DNA from: Pseudoalteromonas tetraodonis
GTDB taxonomy: Bacteria; Pseudomonadota; Gammaproteobacteria; Enterobacterales; Alteromonadaceae
Direction: 5' to 3'
Assembly: GCF_002310835.1 (NCBI RefSeq)
Contig: NZ_CP011041.1
Span: 870,001 to 902,000, forward strand
Length of the DNA stretch: 32,000 bases
Notes under the pieces: model-generated
What the model saw: only the letters and a program-made list of their open reading frames with translations
Told to the model about the DNA's origin: nothing
Databases searched by the model: none
Shown here: positions 26,250 to 32,000 of the stretch, piece by piece
How positions within the stretch are numbered: the first letter of the stretch is position 1
Layout: each line of letters opens with the position of its first letter
Position numbers and translations under genes: made by a program

Positions 26250-26765
26250 ATGAAATTAATTAAAGTCTCTATGTTATTAGCCTTGGGATTATGCCAGTCA
26301 CTTGCAGCGCAGCAGTGTTATGAAGAGGTAGCGACTAGCGATGATACCGACCGATTTGTGATTAATATTGATGGCACTGTGTCAGATACTAAAACAGGGC
26401 TAATGTGGCAGCGCTGTAACTATGGTCAAGTTTATAATAGCGAAACAACTAGCTGCGATGGCGATACTCAACCATTAAATTGGCAAGCTTCACTTAAAGG
26501 CGCACTTAATGACACCACGGCAAATTATAACGACTGGCAAGTGCCGAGTATTAAAGAGTTAGCTAGTATAGTAGATCACCGTTGTACCGATCCAAGTATT
26601 AATGCGGGTATTTTTTTAGCAACGCAGTCGCAAAATTATTGGTCTAATACCTCGGGTATTAGCAATATAAACTCGGCATGGGTTTATCAATTTTCCAGTG
26701 GTTTAAATAGCTTACATGCTAAAACAAGTAACGTATATTTACGCCTAGTACGCTATGAGAAGTAG
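26250..26765 (+). CDS. secreted stand-alone DUF1566 (Lcl C-terminal-like) protein
   Basis: 171 aa with a Sec signal peptide (…CQSLA/AQQ). GLMWQRC, DWQVPSIKELASIV, YWSNTS and VYLRLVRY parallel the C-terminal domain of the upstream lipoprotein. The gap to that gene is 10 nt. Confidence 0.75.
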   Translation: MKLIKVSMLLALGLCQSLAAQQCYEEVATSDDTDRFVINIDGTVSDTKTGLMWQRCNYGQVYNSETTSCDGDTQPLNWQASLKGALNDTTANYNDWQVPSIKELASIVDHRCTDPSINAGIFLATQSQNYWSNTSGISNINSAWVYQFSSGLNSLHAKTSNVYLRLVRYEK

Positions 26766-26843
26766 TTAATTAATATATTAGCGAATCTAAAAATGCTTTT
26801 TTATTTACGGTTAGCCTTTTTATTTACACTATTTTAATAATAA

Positions 26844-26878
26844 AGCCTGGTTGTAGTTGTCACCCAGGCTATTTTTTT
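26844..26878 (+). terminator. rho-independent terminator after the DUF1566 genes
   Basis: AGCCTGG (26844-26850) pairs with CCAGGCT (26864-26870), followed by ATTTTTTT. Confidence 0.75.
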
Positions 26879-26918
26879 GCCATTATAGGCCGTGAATTAA
26901 CGACCAAGGACTATAAAG

Positions 26919-27836
26919 GTGTATTTAAGCTATTTTGGTTTACAAGAAAAGCCATTCTCAATTTCGCCTAATCCCCACTACTTATTTTTAAGTGAACGCC
27001 ACAAAGAAGCATTAGCGCACCTTACCTATGGACTAGGTGAAGACGGTGGCTTTGTGCTGTTAACTGGTGAAGTGGGGACGGGTAAAACCACCATAACACG
27101 TAGTATGTTAGAGCGACTGCCTGAAAATACCCAAGTAGCCATGATCCATAATCCTGCGTTATCAGAACTTGAACTGTTAGCCAGTATTTGCGATGAATTA
27201 CAAATAACTTACGACGCCAAAAATGCCACGCTGAAAAGTCTAACGGATGTGATTAAAAAGCACCTTGAGTTTAATAATAAAGCGGGGGGGCATACTATTT
27301 TAATTATTGATGAAGCACAGCTACTTGCCCCCGATGTGCTTGAACAACTTCGGTTATTAACCAATATCGAAACCGACCATAAAAAGTTATTACAAATAGT
27401 ATTAGTAGGGCAGCCTGAGTTACAGGTACTTCTAAAGCGAAATGAGTTAAGACAGCTGGCACAGCGTATTACTGCTAGGTATCACTTGTTAGCGCTAACA
27501 CCAGGGCAAACCATTGCTTATATTCAACACCGGTTGCATATTGCAGGTTGTGACAAGAAAATATTTTCAATGGAAGCGATGCAAATGGTGCATCAGCTAA
27601 CTGGCGGTGTGCCACGATTAATGAATCTGGTGTGTGAACGCGCATTAGTAGGGGCATTTTCCAAACAGCAAGAAATTGTTGGCAGTGATATTGTTAAGCA
27701 AGCGGCGAGTGAATCTTTACCTATCGACTTTATTGCCACAAATAATAAGGTGAGTAAAACAGGTTCTATTTGGCCTTATAGTGCTGCTGCGTTAATGCTT
27801 TTTTGTGCAGGAATTGGCCTGTCATTTATTCTTTAG
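26919..27836 (+). CDS. ExeA/GspA-family AAA ATPase (short form with C-terminal TM anchor)
   Basis: GTG start with an AAGGA SD 8 nt upstream. MYLSYFGLQEKPFSISPNP is the canonical ExeA/MshM N-terminus. Walker A is GEVGTGKTT and Walker B is ILIIDEAQ. One TM helix lies at the extreme C-terminus (WPYSAAALMLFCAGIGLSFIL). Confidence 0.85.
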   Translation: MYLSYFGLQEKPFSISPNPHYLFLSERHKEALAHLTYGLGEDGGFVLLTGEVGTGKTTITRSMLERLPENTQVAMIHNPALSELELLASICDELQITYDAKNATLKSLTDVIKKHLEFNNKAGGHTILIIDEAQLLAPDVLEQLRLLTNIETDHKKLLQIVLVGQPELQVLLKRNELRQLAQRITARYHLLALTPGQTIAYIQHRLHIAGCDKKIFSMEAMQMVHQLTGGVPRLMNLVCERALVGAFSKQQEIVGSDIVKQAASESLPIDFIATNNKVSKTGSIWPYSAAALMLFCAGIGLSFIL

Positions 27837-27847
27837 TTAGGTGATTC

Positions 27848-28855
27848 ATGTCTTATTTATTAGATGCGTTAAAGCAGTCAAAGCACGATACCATGAGCGC
27901 AGAGCAATATGACTTGCAAGCGCAACAATTAAAACAACAACACCAGTTGATGACCTATCGTCGAATTAGTTTTTTACTCGCAGGAAGTTTATTGGCAACG
28001 GGTATATTGACCAGTGGCTTTTTTGTCGGGAAGTTGCTGCAACAAGAAAATGTAGCCGTAAAAAATAAGGTTGTCCAAAATGACCTTAGTCAAAAAGACT
28101 CAGCAGTGGTAGAAAAACCAACAAGCCCAGAGGAAGTACAAAAAACGGTTGTTCAAGCAGTAACAAACCCTCAAGCGCCCCTTGTTACAACTGCGCCTAA
28201 CAATTCTGTGCCACTGGCAGGGCAATTGGTTTATGTACAAACCCCAACGGGTGTACAGCAAATGTTGCTTACGCCTCAAGGGCAATATTTACCTATGAGC
28301 GTTAATCAAGCGTCTCAAGGGCAAGCGCACAATTTCTCGGCGCAGAATAACGTTCCATCTAGTTTTCTATCACCGAGCAACCAACCGAAAAGCGTACCAA
28401 CTCAAGCAACGAAAAGAACACTCAGTGCCGATGAGTTAAGTAAATACAAAGTGTTAGGTAAACCACTTAATCAAAATGTGCCTGCCCAGCCAGAATCAAC
28501 CGCTGAACTAGATACGGTTCCCGACACGCTTAAAAATGCGTTTGCGCAAGCCGTTAATGACACAGAAACAACAGCCGACTACGAAGTAACTCAAGGCTCT
28601 CGTCATTCATCACGGGTACAACCCGTTGAGCTACTGCCGGATGGCCTACAAAGTATGTTGCCAAGCATTAAATATCAGGCACATATTTATTCGTCGACAG
28701 CAGATAAGCGCTGGATAAAGCTCAATGGCAGAGAGCTATATGAAGGGGAGTCTATTGGTGCATTGAGGGTGCTAGAAATAGCACCGGATCAGAGCGTACT
28801 TGATTTTGATGGCTATGAATTTAGCTTAAAAGCTCTGCAAGATTGGCCACAGTAG
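27848..28855 (+). CDS. GspB/ExeB-like protein (type II secretion assembly factor B family)
   Basis: MSYLLDALKQS is the typical GspB N-terminus. One TM helix lies at about residues 39-60, followed by a long low-complexity Q/P/S/T linker. The C-terminal segment IKYQAHIYSSTADKRWIKLNGRELYEGESIG..LEIAPDQSVLDFDGYEFSL matches the T2SS-B domain pattern. Confidence 0.75.
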   Translation: MSYLLDALKQSKHDTMSAEQYDLQAQQLKQQHQLMTYRRISFLLAGSLLATGILTSGFFVGKLLQQENVAVKNKVVQNDLSQKDSAVVEKPTSPEEVQKTVVQAVTNPQAPLVTTAPNNSVPLAGQLVYVQTPTGVQQMLLTPQGQYLPMSVNQASQGQAHNFSAQNNVPSSFLSPSNQPKSVPTQATKRTLSADELSKYKVLGKPLNQNVPAQPESTAELDTVPDTLKNAFAQAVNDTETTADYEVTQGSRHSSRVQPVELLPDGLQSMLPSIKYQAHIYSSTADKRWIKLNGRELYEGESIGALRVLEIAPDQSVLDFDGYEFSLKALQDWPQ

Positions 28856-28863
28856 TGGCCAAT
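28842..28863. terminator. hairpin spanning the gspB-like stop codon, between convergent genes
   Basis: Perfect 9-bp stem ATTGGCCAC (28842-28850) / GTGGCCAAT (28855-28863) with loop AGTA. There are no flanking T-runs. The two convergent genes are only 7 nt apart. Confidence 0.45.
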
Positions 28864-30059
28864 TAACTAAAGATAGAGTGCTTATAAAAACCCTCTAAAT
28901 CTATATTATATTCTTTGGGTTTCACTGCTGATTCAAGCGTGTCTTGTGTTCTTTTGCTTGATAAGTCAATATCTTGAACTTCAGTGTAACGCCCATGTTT
29001 GGCATTAAAAAACGTTTTTACGACTGGTTTTAATGGTGTTGCAGGATTACTTTGGGTCACCAGCCCCACTTTTTGGCTGGAAAGTTTTACCAGCGTGCCC
29101 ACTGGGTGAATACCAATGCATTGAATAAACTTATTAAGTAGCACGCCATCAAAGCTATCAGGGCAACCTTGTTTTAATATTTTAAACGCCTTAATTGGCT
29201 CCATACCCGCTTTATAAACGCGTTCAGCGGTTAATGCATCATATACATCAACAATAGAGGCCATACGAACATATTGGCTTATTTCATCGCCTTTCTTACC
29301 AAAGGGATAGCCTTTACCATCTAAGCGCTCATGGTGCATACCTGCGATATCAACAGCAATCCCCGTTAATCCTGCGTCTTCTAGTATTTCTTTGCTAAAG
29401 CGCGCATGATTTTGCATCACTTTAAATTCTTCGTCACTGTAGCGACCTGGTTTGTTGAGAATCGCGTCAGGTATTTTTATTTTTCCCATATCATGCAATA
29501 GGGCACCTGTTGCAAGTTCTTCAATGATTGGTTTTTCAATATTGAGATGTTTTGCAAAAATACTCATTAAAATAGACACATTTATCGAGTGCTCTAATAA
29601 ATAGGCATCTTTTTGGCGCATTTGCGTAATGCACGCCAGCGCATCTTGATTTCTAAAGACGGAGTCAATAAACCCGCTAGCCAGCTCCCTAAAAGGAGCA
29701 ACATCAACAGTGCGGCCAGATTCTATATCGCCAAATGCTTTGGTTTGTAAGTTTTTTGCTTCATCATAAAGCTTTTTAGCTTTACTCATTTCTTGCTCAG
29801 CGCTGTGGGTTATTAACCATGGATCGCGCTTTTTGATTTCGTGCTTAGTCGCAGGCGTTGGTTGTGTTTCAGGTTCTTCAGAGGTGAGCATTTTATCAGG
29901 ATCGATTTCAACCTCTAAAATGCCAGATTTTTTTAATTTATCAATTCCACTTTGAGTTTTAACCCAGCCTTGGTTTTTTATTCTAATATTGCCAGTTTGC
30001 TTAACAACTTTTTGCACAAACATACCAGGTTTTAGCTGTGTAGTAGGAATGGTTTTCAA
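28863..30059 (-). CDS. HD-GYP domain cyclic-di-GMP phosphodiesterase with N-terminal DUF3391-like domain
   Basis: HD (LLHDMGKIKIP) and HHERLDGKGYPFG motifs are present. The N-terminal LKPGMFV segment is typical of the domain that precedes HD-GYP in gammaproteobacteria. The apparent start codon is TTG. Confidence 0.88.
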   Translation of the reverse strand: MKTIPTTQLKPGMFVQKVVKQTGNIRIKNQGWVKTQSGIDKLKKSGILEVEIDPDKMLTSEEPETQPTPATKHEIKKRDPWLITHSAEQEMSKAKKLYDEAKNLQTKAFGDIESGRTVDVAPFRELASGFIDSVFRNQDALACITQMRQKDAYLLEHSINVSILMSIFAKHLNIEKPIIEELATGALLHDMGKIKIPDAILNKPGRYSDEEFKVMQNHARFSKEILEDAGLTGIAVDIAGMHHERLDGKGYPFGKKGDEISQYVRMASIVDVYDALTAERVYKAGMEPIKAFKILKQGCPDSFDGVLLNKFIQCIGIHPVGTLVKLSSQKVGLVTQSNPATPLKPVVKTFFNAKHGRYTEVQDIDLSSKRTQDTLESAVKPKEYNIDLEGFYKHSIFS

Positions 30060-30120
30060 AGTGAACTCTAATTAACAAATATGATTAGAGAAAGTAACAA
30101 ATAAATTCACATTTAGAAAT

Positions 30121-30149
30121 AAAAAAAGGCATCAAATTGATGCCTTTTT
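30121..30149 (-). terminator. rho-independent terminator of putA
   Basis: GGCATCA (30128-30134) pairs with TGATGCC (30138-30144), flanked by A7 and T5. On the - strand the stem is followed by T7. Confidence 0.8.
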
Positions 30150-30169
30150 AATTAAATGATGACTATTTT

Positions 30170-32000
30170 CTATTCATCATCTTCAACAAGCGTCATCAAC
30201 GAGGTGTTACCGCCTGATGCCGTTGTATCGATACTGATTGTTTTTTCAGTAATTAAGCGCTTAATTAGCGTGTCGTAATACTCTGAGCTGATCACTGGCA
30301 GTATTGCGCCTTTACGTTGTGCAAGCTGTTGGCTGAAGTAGCCTAAGCGAGAAGAACGTGCAGCAACTACCGCACCCGCTAAGTGAGGGTGTGCCAATAT
30401 AGCTTGTAACTGGTTTGGTTTAGCTACTTGGAAAACACCTTCAGCAACGCCGGTTGCAATAAACTTATCTCTAAAGGCAACCGCTTCGTCGTAAAATATT
30501 TCAGATGCAACAGTAATTACCGTATTACCAGCCGCTAGTGCGGTAATAATAGACAGTGCCCAAAAGTTAAATGAGGTGCTTTTATCTGCGTAACAAACCA
30601 CACAACCCCGAGCTTCAAGGTGAAGTGTATTCGACTCACCTGTTGGCCCTGGCAATGTTGTATATTTACGCATGTGCTTTTCTAAGCGGTTTAACTGAGC
30701 GCGAGCATCGGCAAGTGTTAACGCTAAATCGTCCGCGAGGTCGTCAATAATTTCAACCGTCGCTACTTTCGCTAATAACTGACGTACCGCAGAAACACGG
30801 TCATTCAGTGGCGTTGCACGCCAGATTTTTTCATCGCGCATAGAGTTAACCATCAGCTTTTCTACTTGCTCATTTGCGCCACTGTAGTGGTGTAAATCAA
30901 GCTCATCTGGCGTTAGGTTAGTCATTTGTACGTTATCTGGTGATGCTTTTTCTTTTATTAGGCGTTGTAGATAGTTTGGTCCACCGGCTTTAGGGCCAGT
31001 ACCAGAGAGTCCACGGCCACCAAACGGTTGCACGCCAACAATGGCACCAATCATATTACGGTTGATGTATACGTTACCTGCACGCGACATTTTCGCTAAA
31101 TGTTCACAACGTTCTTCAATGCGAGAATGAATACCCATTGTTAAGCCGTAACCCGTGTTGTTGATTTGGTCGACAACACTATCAAGCTCACTCGATTTAA
31201 AGCGGATAACATGCACACACGGGCCAAATACTTCACGTTTCAATACCGATAAGTCTTTAATTTCGTATAAACGTGGTGCAAAGAAAAATGCGCCATTTTC
31301 GCTGTTATCAGGAATTTTACACTCATAGTGAAGTGTTGCATTACCCTTGAGGTATTCAACATGGTCGTTGAGTGTTTTAAGCGCTTTTTCATCTATTACT
31401 GGGCCTACGTCTGTAGAGAGTAATGATGGGTCGCCAATATGCAACTCAGCAAGTGCGCCTTTAAGCATATCGATAATGCCATCAGCTACGTCTTCTTGAA
31501 TAAAGAGTACGCGTAATGCTGAACAACGTTGACCCGCACTTTGGAAACCAGAACTGATAACATCATCAACAACTTGCTCAGGAAGCGCTGTTGAGTCAAC
31601 AATCATACAGTTTTGGCCGCCAGTCTCTGCAATTAAAGGCACCTGAATATCGTTACGTGCCGCTAATGTTTGCGAGATAAGCGTGCCCGTTTCAGTTGAA
31701 CCTGTAAACATAACAGCTTGAATACGCTCATCAGGAACAATGGTTTTACCTACTTCGCTACCGCGAGCAATGACAGGTTGTACAACGTGCTCAGGTAAAC
31801 CAACTGATAGCATTAATTCAATGGCACGTAGTGCGATTAAGCTGGTTTGCTCTGCTGGTTTTGCAATAACCGTGTTACCAGTAACAATGGCCGCTGCAAC
31901 TTGACCCAAGAAAATAGCGAGCGGGAAGTTCCATGGGCTAATACATAAAATAACACCGCGGGCTTCAAAGCGTTCATCTTGCGCAAGCTCTTCAGCACGG
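30170..32000 (-). CDS. putA: bifunctional proline dehydrogenase / L-glutamate gamma-semialdehyde dehydrogenase, C-terminal part (truncated by the window edge)
   Basis: Aldehyde-dehydrogenase motifs are present (FTGSTETG, ETGGQNCMIVDSTA, catalytic Cys in QRCSALR). The frame stays open upstream of the track's Met to position 32000 (…ISPWNFPLAIFLGQVAAAIVTGNTV). The long C-terminal domain is typical of PutA. Confidence 0.9.
   Translation of the reverse strand, partial: RAEELAQDERFEARGVILCISPWNFPLAIFLGQVAAAIVTGNTVIAKPAEQTSLIALRAIELMLSVGLPEHVVQPVIARGSEVGKTIVPDERIQAVMFTGSTETGTLISQTLAARNDIQVPLIAETGGQNCMIVDSTALPEQVVDDVISSGFQSAGQRCSALRVLFIQEDVADGIIDMLKGALAELHIGDPSLLSTDVGPVIDEKALKTLNDHVEYLKGNATLHYECKIPDNSENGAFFFAPRLYEIKDLSVLKREVFGPCVHVIRFKSSELDSVVDQINNTGYGLTMGIHSRIEERCEHLAKMSRAGNVYINRNMIGAIVGVQPFGGRGLSGTGPKAGGPNYLQRLIKEKASPDNVQMTNLTPDELDLHHYSGANEQVEKLMVNSMRDEKIWRATPLNDRVSAVRQLLAKVATVEIIDDLADDLALTLADARAQLNRLEKHMRKYTTLPGPTGESNTLHLEARGCVVCYADKSTSFNFWALSIITALAAGNTVITVASEIFYDEAVAFRDKFIATGVAEGVFQVAKPNQLQAILAHPHLAGAVVAARSSRLGYFSQQLAQRKGAILPVISSEYYDTLIKRLITEKTISIDTTASGGNTSLMTLVEDDE

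Overview
The window is AT-rich chromosomal DNA that looks like a marine gammaproteobacterium, probably Alteromonadales or Pseudoalteromonas-like. This placement is an inference from gene content and protein motifs; I ran no searches. Most of it is housekeeping. In order, it holds: a PanP-like PLP decarboxylase; a complete arginine cluster (argE divergent from argC-argB-argF-argG-argH, with argH fused to a GNAT N-acetylglutamate synthase domain); coaD; a TetR regulator; thiI; panE plus a VanZ-like gene; yajQ; a cobalamin riboswitch with btuB; msrA; an RND efflux pair; a block of uncharacterised envelope proteins (two DUF1566/Lcl-like proteins); a short ExeA/GspA-GspB pair; an HD-GYP phosphodiesterase; and the 3' part of putA. 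I saw no rRNA, tRNA, CRISPR array, transposase, integrase or recognisable defence genes. Four candidates for something undescribed stand out. (1) At 9048-10979, a near-consensus sigma-54 promoter precedes a 64-codon hydrophilic ORF and three tightly coupled, mutually paralogous 5-TM proteins of a family I cannot name. (2) At 13896-14159, a 264-bp element between thiI and panE is closed by a perfect 16-bp inverted repeat and contains further long nested helices; a + strand terminator follows it. It is either a MITE-like element or a structured sRNA. (3) At 16160-16243, a heptanucleotide microsatellite (CGAACTC x8 plus 4 decayed units) lies just upstream of the btuB promoter and riboswitch. (4) At 8441-8449, an A9 tract sits exactly at the ArgH/GNAT fusion joint. 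All functional calls rest on motif recognition and synteny, not on computed alignments.
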